Assembly: GCA_963555995.3 (NCBI GenBank)
Contig: OY821641.1
Coordinates: forward strand, 1,216,001 to 1,280,000
DNA from: Vicinamibacteria bacterium
GTDB taxonomy: Bacteria > Acidobacteriota > Vicinamibacteria > Marinacidobacterales > Marinacidobacteraceae
Direction: 5' to 3'
DNA length: 64,000 bases
Shown: positions 10,032 to 18,753 of the stretch, one piece after another
Layout: each line of letters begins with the position of its first letter
How positions within the stretch are numbered: position 1 is the first letter of the stretch
Made by a program: the position numbers and the translations under genes
The notes under the pieces: model-generated
The model's database searches: none
What the model saw: only the letters and a program-made list of their open reading frames with translations
Told to the model about the DNA's origin: nothing

Positions 10032-12146
10032 ATGTCAACACCTTACGAAATCCGCCTTGCCATCCGGTGGTTGTCGAACGTGGTAACCCGGATAGCCCCA
10101 CGAAGCGAAGAGGCTTCGCAACTCGCCGGCTGGCTGAGCGAGAACGCCGATCGGGAGGTCGCGGGCAAAGCCGGCAAATGGCGTCCCTTCGAAACTCTAG
10201 CCCAGGCAGCGGGTCTTCGAGCGAAGCACCGTGAACCCTGGCTCCGGTCCCGCTGGAAGCCTTCGTCCGGAGACTGGAAGCGTCTCGGAGACGCTCTCCA
10301 AGAGTTACGCGACCGGACCGAACGCGCCAAACCGGATCGCACCGCCCGGCGGCTGCAGGCATTGGCGAAGGTCACCGGAATGACCCGCGAAGACGTGGAA
10401 GTCCTTGAGGTGGTGTTGCGGTACCAGACCGCTCCCTTTCTGGAGTCCCTGGTGGACGAGCTCCATCTCGCCGACCGGCGTCACCATCCTTTCAGCATCC
10501 ACGGGTCCGTTCTCGCCCGGCTGCTCGGCCTCGGCCGCAGCCGCGTTCAGAGCCGTCTGACCAGATCGTCGCCGCTGCTCCGTTCGGGCTGCCTCACCGT
10601 GGATGGGGACGGCGAGGTATCCCTCAATCGCCGCCTGGAGCGTCTCGCCACGGTCCCGGACAAGGAATCGGACGTGCGGCGGCTCCTGCTGGGGAGTTGC
10701 TTGCCCACAGACCTCGAATGGTCCGACTTCGAGCATCTCGGGCAGGCGGGTGAGGATTTGGCCGCCCTCGTCAAGGGCGCGCTGGCAACGTCAACCCCGG
10801 GCGTCAACATCCTGCTTCCCGGCGAACCGGGTGTCGGCAAGACCTCTCTCGCGAAAGTGATTGCTGCGCAGCTCGGAGTGGGGCTGTTCCCGGTCGGCGA
10901 AGCGGACGAGCGCGGCGATGAACCGACCCGCGGCGAGCGCCTCGGTGATCTCCGGCTTACCCAATCGCTGCTCAGCGGTGACGGCACGGGCCTGCCGTTC
11001 GTGGACGACGCCGACGACGTTCTGGCCGCAGACGGCGCCGACGCATCCCTGCTGGGTCTCCTCGGCGCCTCCGCCCCACGGAGCAGGGGTTCCGGGAGCG
11101 GTTCACGGGTGTTTCTCCATCGGCTGCTCGAAGAAAATCTGGCGCCCACGATCTGGACAGTGAATCGAGCGGAGGCTATCCCTGAGTCCGTCCTTCGGCG
11201 CATGACCTTCGTCGTCGAGATGAGAAGGCCTCCCACCCGGGTGCGCGGCCGAATCTGGTCGCGTCAACTCGGCCAGCACGGCATCCGATTCACGAAGCAG
11301 GATGTCCGTAACCTCACCCGCGAGTTTCCGGACATCTCGCCCGGGATCATCAACGGCGCGGCGAAGGCGGCGACGTTCCTGGGCCGCGATCTCGGCGGCG
11401 TTCGGCGGGCGGCGACCGGTCTCACCCGGCTGGTCCACGGGCCGGCGCCTCGCCGGGAAAAGCGCCACGACTTCGACCCGGAGTTGAGCCAGGCCGACGT
11501 GAGCCTCAAGGAACTCGCCGACGACATCGTCTCCACGGGGCTCCTTGATTTCTCCGTGTGCCTGACGGGGCCTCCGGGGGCCGGCAAGAGCGCCTGGGTC
11601 CGCTACGTCGCGGACCGTCTGGACCTGGAGGTGCTGCACCTGCGCGCCTCCGACCTGCTCGACAGCTACGTCGGAGGAACGGAGAAGCGGATCGCTGCAG
11701 CTTTCCAGCGAGCGGCGGATGAGAGGGCGTTCCTGGTGATTGATGAGGCCGATAGCGTCCTCCGGGATCGGCGTGGCGCCCGCGCGGGGTGGGAAGGGAG
11801 CCAGGTGAACGAGATGCTCACCTGGATGGAGAACTACCCGCTGCCGTTCGCCTGCACCACCAATCTCGGGGAGGTGCTCGACCCTGCGAGCCTTCGCCGG
11901 TTCACCTTCAAACCGAAGCTGGGCTATCTGACCGCCGAGCAGGCCGATCGGGCGTTCCGGTTCTTCTTCAAGCTTGATCCTCCCCCCGAGCTTGCGAGAA
12001 TGCGGATCCTCACCCCGGGCGACTTCGCGGTGGTCCGTCGCCAAGCCCGGTTCCGGGGCCGCTTGGCCGACGCCGACGCGCTTGTCCGCATGCTCCAGGA
12101 CGAGTGCGACGCCAAGCCGGAACGGAGCGGCACTGTGGGGTTTTGA
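10032..12146 (+). CDS. Tandem (double) AAA+ ATPase
   Basis: Two Walker A motifs (GEPGVGKT, GPPGAGKS) and Walker B motifs (FVDDADD, VIDEAD); QVNEML, LDPASLRRF. Confidence 0.85.
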   Translation: MSTPYEIRLAIRWLSNVVTRIAPRSEEASQLAGWLSENADREVAGKAGKWRPFETLAQAAGLRAKHREPWLRSRWKPSSGDWKRLGDALQELRDRTERAKPDRTARRLQALAKVTGMTREDVEVLEVVLRYQTAPFLESLVDELHLADRRHHPFSIHGSVLARLLGLGRSRVQSRLTRSSPLLRSGCLTVDGDGEVSLNRRLERLATVPDKESDVRRLLLGSCLPTDLEWSDFEHLGQAGEDLAALVKGALATSTPGVNILLPGEPGVGKTSLAKVIAAQLGVGLFPVGEADERGDEPTRGERLGDLRLTQSLLSGDGTGLPFVDDADDVLAADGADASLLGLLGASAPRSRGSGSGSRVFLHRLLEENLAPTIWTVNRAEAIPESVLRRMTFVVEMRRPPTRVRGRIWSRQLGQHGIRFTKQDVRNLTREFPDISPGIINGAAKAATFLGRDLGGVRRAATGLTRLVHGPAPRREKRHDFDPELSQADVSLKELADDIVSTGLLDFSVCLTGPPGAGKSAWVRYVADRLDLEVLHLRASDLLDSYVGGTEKRIAAAFQRAADERAFLVIDEADSVLRDRRGARAGWEGSQVNEMLTWMENYPLPFACTTNLGEVLDPASLRRFTFKPKLGYLTAEQADRAFRFFFKLDPPPELARMRILTPGDFAVVRRQARFRGRLADADALVRMLQDECDAKPERSGTVGF

Positions 12147-12375
12147 GGCCGTATGACGTCTGGACACAACGACCAGGCTGGCCGGCGCGCTACTTTCCGA
12201 AATGGTCAGGTCCAGACCGGCGAGTCCAACGGTTTCTGGCCAGCGCTACTGGAGGCGGGAGTCCGCACCACGTGTGGCTGGCGTAGCTTCCCGCCAAAAC
12301 GGGTAACGCATTCACGGTCCGCAGACGAGGGAGTGCGTCGAACAGAGAGGATGCTGCCTCGCAGATTCGCCTTCG

Positions 12376-12813
12376 TCAGGGCTCGCCGACCGTGAACTCC
12401 CGCTCCAAGAGGTAGTTCTTGCCTCCGGTGCTCACCGTGGTCCTGGGATGGCGAAATGAGTGAAGACTCTTCTTGTTGAAGCGTGGTTTGTGCTGATAGA
12501 TCATGGCGCTCTCTACGCGCCGAAGGTGATTGCGCGGAACGTGGGCCGCCGTGAGACGCAATGTCTGGCCTTGCTTCGCGTTCACAAATCTCTCCCATTC
12601 CTTCCAGTCCTGACGGTTCTTGTCTACGCGGGACCAGAGGCGGTCTGCCTTTCCTATGTACAGCAGCTCGTAGACCTTGTCAGAGCGACGGAAAGAGGCG
12701 GAATACACACAATAGATGCCGGGCTCTTCTGGCAGGTCGTGCCTTTGGTAGACCGCGAAATCGAGGGCGTACCGCTTCCTACTCTTGCCGAGGATGAGGT
12801 CGCGAAGCCTCAT
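12376..12813 (-). CDS. GIY-YIG nuclease family protein
   Basis: PGIYCVY...LLYIGKA...R...E...PRFN motifs; lower GC than the flanks. Confidence 0.8.
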   Translation of the reverse strand: MRLRDLILGKSRKRYALDFAVYQRHDLPEEPGIYCVYSASFRRSDKVYELLYIGKADRLWSRVDKNRQDWKEWERFVNAKQGQTLRLTAAHVPRNHLRRVESAMIYQHKPRFNKKSLHSFRHPRTTVSTGGKNYLLEREFTVGEP

Positions 12814-13129
12814 GGCAGATCACGCTCCTTGCTTGTCATGGAAGAAGGCAACGATCATTCGATCGAACATCCTTTAGTTATCTGGAATAATATGAGTTGA
12901 GTTATTTCTTGTCAAGGTATCTTCCGTCATCCTCTCGGGCATGAGTCTGTCCGGATATCAAGAGTGGGAACGGGGGACGCATGGCATCAGCGGACCCGCC
13001 GCAAACCTCCTTCGCGTCATCGAAAAGGAACCGGAGGCGGTCAAGCGGGCACGGGCACCGGGCGGATGACGCGGGCGGCGCTCTCGGCGACAAACACCCC
13101 GTAGGTCGGGTGCGGCATCATCGTTGCTG

Positions 13130-13222
13130 GTTTCGCGCTCCCGCGCGATGCCGGCCGGAGGCCGGCGCTCCGAGCGGTACGCGTCGTGAGGGCGGGTGGG
13201 GTTGCGGCGTCCGCGGCGCGGA
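13130..13222. repeat. ~92-bp direct repeat, copy 1 (REP-related)
   Basis: GTTTCGCGCTCCCGCGCGATGCCGGCCGGAGGCCGGCGCTCCGAG...; near-identical to 14895-14986. Confidence 0.8.
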
Positions 13223-13291
13223 TGGGCGCGTGTGCCGGTCTGGATGGGGGGCGGCGTTCCGACCCAGTGGGCCGTTGCGCCCGGCGGCGCG

Positions 13292-14866
13292 TCACATCCC
13301 CCAGATCGTGACCGGGGGGCCGTCCTCCGTTTCTTCCCGACGGATCTTCTCCTCCCACGACCTCCCCTCCCGGCGGTCGAAGATCACGAGGTGCCCGGCC
13401 GTCGCCCCGCACCGGTCCATGTAGTCGCGCGTCTGGGTGAGGCCGCGCTCCCGCGTCGCCTCGAAGCTGTCCCGGAGCAGCTTGCATTCGATCACGGTCT
13501 TCCGCACCTCACCGCCGGTCTCACCGGCCACCGGCCACGCCACCAGCAAGTCCGTGCGGCGTCGCCCAAGTCCGTACTCCCGCTCGATCCGGCCCCCCGC
13601 GTTCACCACCCGCTGCAAGAACGCCTGCAACAGGAGTTGCGGCCCCGCCTCCTTGTAGTCGAAACGCTCCACCCAGTGTTCCGCATGCTCCCGGAAGAAC
13701 TGCTGGAAGGCCGCCAGCAGCCGGTCCACGCGGAGATCGCCGTCTTCGACGAAGGTCGGCGGGTCCACCGTCAGGAACGCCTGCGTCGTCCACGTCAGAT
13801 CGCGGGGAATCACCTCCTGGTAGATCGGATTCGCGATCCGGACCGGATTGTCCGGGGCGATCAGGCCGAGGTCCCGCACGTATTGCAGGTCGTCCGCGGG
13901 TATCCGCCCCGCCTCCGGGTCGCCGCTCAACAGGGGGGCGACCACGCGCCGCACCCGGCCCTCCTGCAGCTTGTCGGTGAGCTGGTCGAGATGCGTCACG
14001 CGTTTGTCGATCAGCAGCTCCCGCGCGGCGTGGATCGCCGGAACGCCGAGCGCCCGCGCGCGATCCCGGTTCGCCTCCGCCGCCTCGTAGGCCAGGGCGT
14101 TCACGAGCCACGGCTGTCCCCGGGTCAGCCGGAACACCTCGCGCCGCGCCTCCGCGGTCCACGGTTGGCCGGTCTCTTCCGTGTGCTGCGAGAGCAGCGT
14201 CACGACGTCACCTTCGGAGAAGTCGCCGAGTCGCAGTGACTCGGCCTTGATGTTGAAGGCGCTCCCCCCGGTGATGACCGTCTTGTCCGCCGACGAGTGG
14301 ATGCGGTAGTCGCGCACGTCCCGCACTCCGCAGAGGACCACGCTCTGCGGAAAGTTGGCGGGGCGGTCGGCGTAGCCGGCGCGGAGTTGCCGCAGGACGG
14401 AAATGAGGGTGTCGCCGACGAGGGCATCAATCTCGTCCAGCAGGACCACCAACGGCTTCCGCTCCGCGGCGCACCACTCGGCCAGCATCTTGCGGAGGCC
14501 GTCGAATGGCCCGGATTCTTCCAGGATGGCGAACCAGTGGTCTCTCGGGAAGCGGTCGTTGAGGGCGATCTCCGCCGCGCTGGCCAGAGAACTCAGGATG
14601 GCGCGGGTCCCCTCGAAGACGTTCTCCCGTGCGGCCTGCGCGCCCTCAACGTTGACGTACACGGCGCGGAACTCCGCGCCGGAGTTCAGTTCGTCGCGCA
14701 GGCCGATGAGCGCCGAGGTCTTGCCGGTCTGCCGCGGCGCGTGGAGGACGAAGTACTTCTCCTGTCGGATCAGGTTCAGCAGCGCGCCGGCGTCGAGCCG
14801 GGCGAGCGGAGGCAGGCAGTAGTGGCGCCCCGGCAAGACCGGCCCTGCCGTGTTGAAGAATCGCAC
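13292..14866 (-). CDS. AAA ATPase with C-terminal PD-(D/E)xK-like nuclease domain
   Basis: MRFFNTAGP, HAPRQTGKTS, LLDEID, REYGLGRRRTDL...IECK. Confidence 0.85.
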   Translation of the reverse strand: MRFFNTAGPVLPGRHYCLPPLARLDAGALLNLIRQEKYFVLHAPRQTGKTSALIGLRDELNSGAEFRAVYVNVEGAQAARENVFEGTRAILSSLASAAEIALNDRFPRDHWFAILEESGPFDGLRKMLAEWCAAERKPLVVLLDEIDALVGDTLISVLRQLRAGYADRPANFPQSVVLCGVRDVRDYRIHSSADKTVITGGSAFNIKAESLRLGDFSEGDVVTLLSQHTEETGQPWTAEARREVFRLTRGQPWLVNALAYEAAEANRDRARALGVPAIHAARELLIDKRVTHLDQLTDKLQEGRVRRVVAPLLSGDPEAGRIPADDLQYVRDLGLIAPDNPVRIANPIYQEVIPRDLTWTTQAFLTVDPPTFVEDGDLRVDRLLAAFQQFFREHAEHWVERFDYKEAGPQLLLQAFLQRVVNAGGRIEREYGLGRRRTDLLVAWPVAGETGGEVRKTVIECKLLRDSFEATRERGLTQTRDYMDRCGATAGHLVIFDRREGRSWEEKIRREETEDGPPVTIWGM

Positions 14867-14894
14867 GGCTCCGATTCTGGCACACGGGGTGCCC

Positions 14895-15022
14895 GTTTCG
14901 CGCTCCCGCGCGATGCCGGCCGGAGGCCGGCGCTCCGAGTCGTACGCGTCGTGAGGGTGGGTGGGGTCGCGACGTGCGCGGCGCAGAGCGCCGCGCGTGC
15001 CGACCTGAAGGTCGGCGGTCCC
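14895..15022. repeat. ~92-bp direct repeat, copy 2, followed by a REP palindrome
   Basis: Matches 13130-13222, then GCCGACCTGAAGGTCGGC. Confidence 0.8.
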
Positions 15023-15045
15023 TGGCCTCCTTGCCGTCGGCGTGG

Positions 15046-18000
15046 CTATCGCGGGATGCGGCGGCCTGGGGTCCAGGGGACGCCGGCCGCGTCGGCCTGG
15101 GCCTCGAGGCCTGCGAGTTGGGTCTCGACGAGGTTGACGAGCTCCGCGTTCGCCGGGCCGAACTCCTCCCGCACGATCTCGACCTGGCGCCGGTGCGTGT
15201 TCGTGGGGTCGGCCATGGCCCAGAAGGCGCCGACGACGCGCTGGATGCGACCGCGGATGCCGGGGAGGACGGCTTCGTAGCGCGAACGGACGGTGTCGTC
15301 GCCCAGGAAGCGGACCCGCAGCTCCAGGAGGCCTTCCCGGATCGCCGACGTCTGGGAGCGCAGCTCCTCGCTGGCCCCGGATGCGTCGATCGCTTCGGCG
15401 AGCGTCTCCACCCGCTCGACGGAAGCTTCCAGCGCGGCGACCGCGCCGAACACCTGCCGCTGGAGCGTCGCCACCTCCTGCTGGAAGGCGTGGCGCGCCG
15501 CCGTGTCCTCCTCGGGGACGCCGGCCCGGGCCAGCACCTTCGGCGTGAACGACTGTGGCTCGCCGAGCCGGACCGTCCCGTTCCCATCACGCCGCACGAG
15601 TTCCGCGGTGTAGGTCTCCGGCATCGCGAGCGGCCCGCCGCGGTCGCCGCCGGCGGCGTCGGGATACCTCAGGTCCCACGCCACCCGGTGGATCCCCTTG
15701 GTCTTCGGCGCTTGGATCCGGCGGATCACCGTGCCATCCGCGTCGCGGATCACCACGAAGACGGCCGGATCCTCGGCGCGGTCCTCGGCCCGTAGATCCT
15801 CCCAGTCAGGGTAGGGGATCGGTTCGCCGGCGGCCGCCTGGGCCCGCTCGCGCTCCCGCCGCTGCTCGCGGAGGCTCTGCGCGCTCTCCTTCAGGTGATA
15901 GGTCACCACCGCTCCGAAAGGCGGGTTCGGCGCGGTGTAGAACGCGGCGCCGCGCTGTGACTTGCCCCGCCCACCGAGGGGGTTCGCTTCGATGTACATC
16001 CAGGGGCCCTTGACCGGGAACACCGCGCCCTCGGCGGCCAGCGTCTCCGGCGTCAGGTGCCGGAGCGGCGTGTAGTCGTCGAGCACGAAGAAGCTCCGCC
16101 CGAAGGACGCCAGCACCAGGTCGTTCTCCCGTTCCTGGATCTCGAGGTCCCGGATGGCGATGGTCGGGAGGCCGCCCTTGAGCCGGACCCAGTGTTCCCC
16201 GTCGTCGAGGCTCACGAAGAGCCCGAACTCGGTGCCGAGGAAGAGCAGCCCCTGCCGCTCGTGGTCCTCCACGATGGTCCAGGCGAGCTGGTCCTCGGGA
16301 AGGTCGCCGGTGATGTCCTGCCAGGTCACCCCCCGGTCGTCGCTCCGCACCACGTAGGGCCTGAAATCGCCCTGCTTGTGGTTGTTGAACACCGCGAACA
16401 CGGTGTTCTCGCGGTGGCGGGAGGTGTGGAGGTCCGCGACGTAGCTGAACTCGGGCACGCCGGGCACCACGTCCACCGATCGCCATTCCACGCCGCCGTC
16501 GTCGCTGATCTGGATACGCCCGTCGTCCATGCCGGTGTAGAGCAGGCCCTCGGCGAAACGGGACTCGTCGAGCGCCACCATGTTGCCGTAGGTCGAAGTC
16601 GCGCGGTTGCGCCACACCGCGTCCACGCTCCAGGTGCGGCCCATGACGAGGCGCTCGTTGCGATCCATGCCCCGGGTCAGGTCCTCGCTCACCGGGGTCC
16701 AGGTGTTCGCCCCGTCGTCGCTCCGGTAGAGCCGGTTCGCGCCGAAGTAGATCCGCTTGTTGTCGTGCGGGGAGATGATGAGGGGCGAGTCCCAGTTCCA
16801 CTTCAGCGGCTCGTCGCCGGGTTCCGGCTGGGGCTGGATCTCGACCCGTTCCCCGGTGCGGTGATCGAAGCGGACGATCCCGGCGTACTGGTACTGGGCA
16901 TAGACGATGTTCGGGTCCTCGGGGTCCACCCGCGCCTGGAAGCCGTCGCCGCCCAGGACGTCCACCCAGTCGCTGTTCCGGATGCCGTGGACGTTGTCGG
17001 TGCGCACCGGGCCGGCCATGGTGGCGTTGTCCTGCGTGCCGCCGTACACCCGGTAGAACGGGAAGGCGTTGTCAATCCCGACCCGGTAGAACTGGGTGAT
17101 CGCCTGGTTGGCGTGGTACTTCCAGTTCCGGCCGAGGTCCCAGCTCTCGTAGAGACCCCCGTCGGTGCTCATCATCAGGTAGTCCGGGTCGTCGGGGTCG
17201 AACTCGAGGTCGTGGTGGTCCACGTGAATCCACTCCATCCGGATCCGCCGCCAGGTCCTGCCGTCGTCCTCGGACACGTGCGTGTAGGTGTCCATGGAGT
17301 AGAGCCGGCCCGGCCGGTGCGGATCAACGAAGAACTCCATGTAGTACTGCGGGTCCGTCGGGAAGTAGTCGCTGCGCTTTTCCCAGCTCTCGCCGCGGTC
17401 GGTGGAGGCGTAGAAGCCGCGCTGGCCGTCGGTCGCGGCGATCTGGGCATAGACCACGTCCGGGTTATGCGGCGAGATCGCGAGTCCGATGCGGCCGATG
17501 TCGTGGCGGCTCGCCGACGGAAGCCCCCTGCTCAGTTGCCGCCAGGTGGCGCCCCCGTCGTCGGACTTGTGGATCCCCCCCTCGGGGCCGCCCGCGATCT
17601 GGACGCCGGTGTGCCGTCGCCGCTGCCACGAGGTGGCGTAGACGGTGTCGGGATGCCGGGGGTCCACGACGACGTCGCTCACCCCGGTGTCCTCGGAGAT
17701 GTAGAGCACGCGCGCCCAAGTGGCCCCGCCGTCGGTGGTCTTGTAGAGGCCCCGGTCGCCGCCGGAGCGCCAGAGCGGCCCCTGCGCGGCGACGTACACG
17801 GTGTCGCTGTCGCGCGGATCGAGCACGATCTTGCCGATGTGCTCCGACTCGTCGAGCCCCATGTGCTCGAACGACCCGCCGGCGTCCCGGCTCCGGTAGA
17901 CACCGTTGCCGTAGGGAACGGATCGCTGGCCGTTGTTCTCGCCGGTCCCCAGCCAGACGACGTTCGAGTTCGTCGGGTCCACGACCACCGTGGAGGTGGA

Positions 18001-18285
18001 ATACACCGGGTAGTTCTCGAAAATCGGCTCCCAGGTGGTCCCGCGGTTCGTGGTCTTGAACGCGTTCCCGGAGGCGACCGCCATGTACCAGGTGGACTTG
18101 TCGTTCGGATCCATGGTCACGTCGGCGATCCGGCCGGAACGCGACGCGGGTCCGATGCCGCGCAGCTTCAGCCCGGAGAGGAGGTCCTCGTTGATGGCCG
18201 GGGTCTCGGCGTCCTGGGGCAGGGCGAGAGTTGGGGCCAGCAGGATCGCGACCAGGAACGGTGCGATTCGAAGAGATCGGTTCAT
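15046..18285 (-). CDS. Secreted VPS10/sortilin-like BNR-repeat glycosyl hydrolase
   Basis: Signal peptide, RGIGPASRSGRI, repeated SxDGGxTW Asp-boxes, GGTQDN. Confidence 0.9.
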   Translation of the reverse strand: MNRSLRIAPFLVAILLAPTLALPQDAETPAINEDLLSGLKLRGIGPASRSGRIADVTMDPNDKSTWYMAVASGNAFKTTNRGTTWEPIFENYPVYSTSTVVVDPTNSNVVWLGTGENNGQRSVPYGNGVYRSRDAGGSFEHMGLDESEHIGKIVLDPRDSDTVYVAAQGPLWRSGGDRGLYKTTDGGATWARVLYISEDTGVSDVVVDPRHPDTVYATSWQRRRHTGVQIAGGPEGGIHKSDDGGATWRQLSRGLPSASRHDIGRIGLAISPHNPDVVYAQIAATDGQRGFYASTDRGESWEKRSDYFPTDPQYYMEFFVDPHRPGRLYSMDTYTHVSEDDGRTWRRIRMEWIHVDHHDLEFDPDDPDYLMMSTDGGLYESWDLGRNWKYHANQAITQFYRVGIDNAFPFYRVYGGTQDNATMAGPVRTDNVHGIRNSDWVDVLGGDGFQARVDPEDPNIVYAQYQYAGIVRFDHRTGERVEIQPQPEPGDEPLKWNWDSPLIISPHDNKRIYFGANRLYRSDDGANTWTPVSEDLTRGMDRNERLVMGRTWSVDAVWRNRATSTYGNMVALDESRFAEGLLYTGMDDGRIQISDDGGVEWRSVDVVPGVPEFSYVADLHTSRHRENTVFAVFNNHKQGDFRPYVVRSDDRGVTWQDITGDLPEDQLAWTIVEDHERQGLLFLGTEFGLFVSLDDGEHWVRLKGGLPTIAIRDLEIQERENDLVLASFGRSFFVLDDYTPLRHLTPETLAAEGAVFPVKGPWMYIEANPLGGRGKSQRGAAFYTAPNPPFGAVVTYHLKESAQSLREQRRERERAQAAAGEPIPYPDWEDLRAEDRAEDPAVFVVIRDADGTVIRRIQAPKTKGIHRVAWDLRYPDAAGGDRGGPLAMPETYTAELVRRDGNGTVRLGEPQSFTPKVLARAGVPEEDTAARHAFQQEVATLQRQVFGAVAALEASVERVETLAEAIDASGASEELRSQTSAIREGLLELRVRFLGDDTVRSRYEAVLPGIRGRIQRVVGAFWAMADPTNTHRRQVEIVREEFGPANAELVNLVETQLAGLEAQADAAGVPWTPGRRIPR

Positions 18286-18317
18286 GATGGTTCCTCCGGT
18301 ACGGCTAGGGTCGCGCC

Positions 18318-18557
18318 ATGAGCACCATGAACATATCGCTTCCCGAGGCGCTCAAGTCCTTCGTGGACGACCAGGTCGGCGCCCGCGGCTACAGCACGCC
18401 GAGCGAGTACGTCCGCGAGTTGATCCGGCGGGATCACGACCGCCAGCACCTGCGCGGCCTGCTTCTCGAAGGCGCGGCGTCGCCGCGGGCGGGCGTGGCC
18501 GATGCGGACTATTTCGACGGGCTCCGCGCTCGGGTCCGCGAAGCCGGCCGGCGGTGA
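18318..18557 (+). CDS. ParD-family (RHH) antitoxin
   Basis: MSTMNISLPEALKSFVDDQV...YSTPSEYVRELIR. Confidence 0.85.
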   Translation: MSTMNISLPEALKSFVDDQVGARGYSTPSEYVRELIRRDHDRQHLRGLLLEGAASPRAGVADADYFDGLRARVREAGRR

Positions 18558-18703
18558 CCGGCAAGCCGGTCGTCCTTCGGGAACGGGCGCGGCGCGACAT
18601 CGATGAGGCGGTCGAGCACCATCTGGTCGAGCCCGGGGAAGGGGCGCGCTCAACTTCGTTGCCGCGCTCCAAGGCACGCAGCGCCGCGCGTGCCGGTCTG
18701 TAG
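18554..18703 (+). pseudogene. Truncated/frameshifted ParE/RelE toxin ending in a REP element
   Basis: GTGA-coupled start MTGKPVVLRERARRDIDEAVEHHL; runs into the REP palindrome at ~18685. Confidence 0.7.
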
Positions 18704-18753
18704 ACCGGCGTTCCAAGCCGGTGCGCTACTACGCCCGTCGGCGGATGGTGTGG

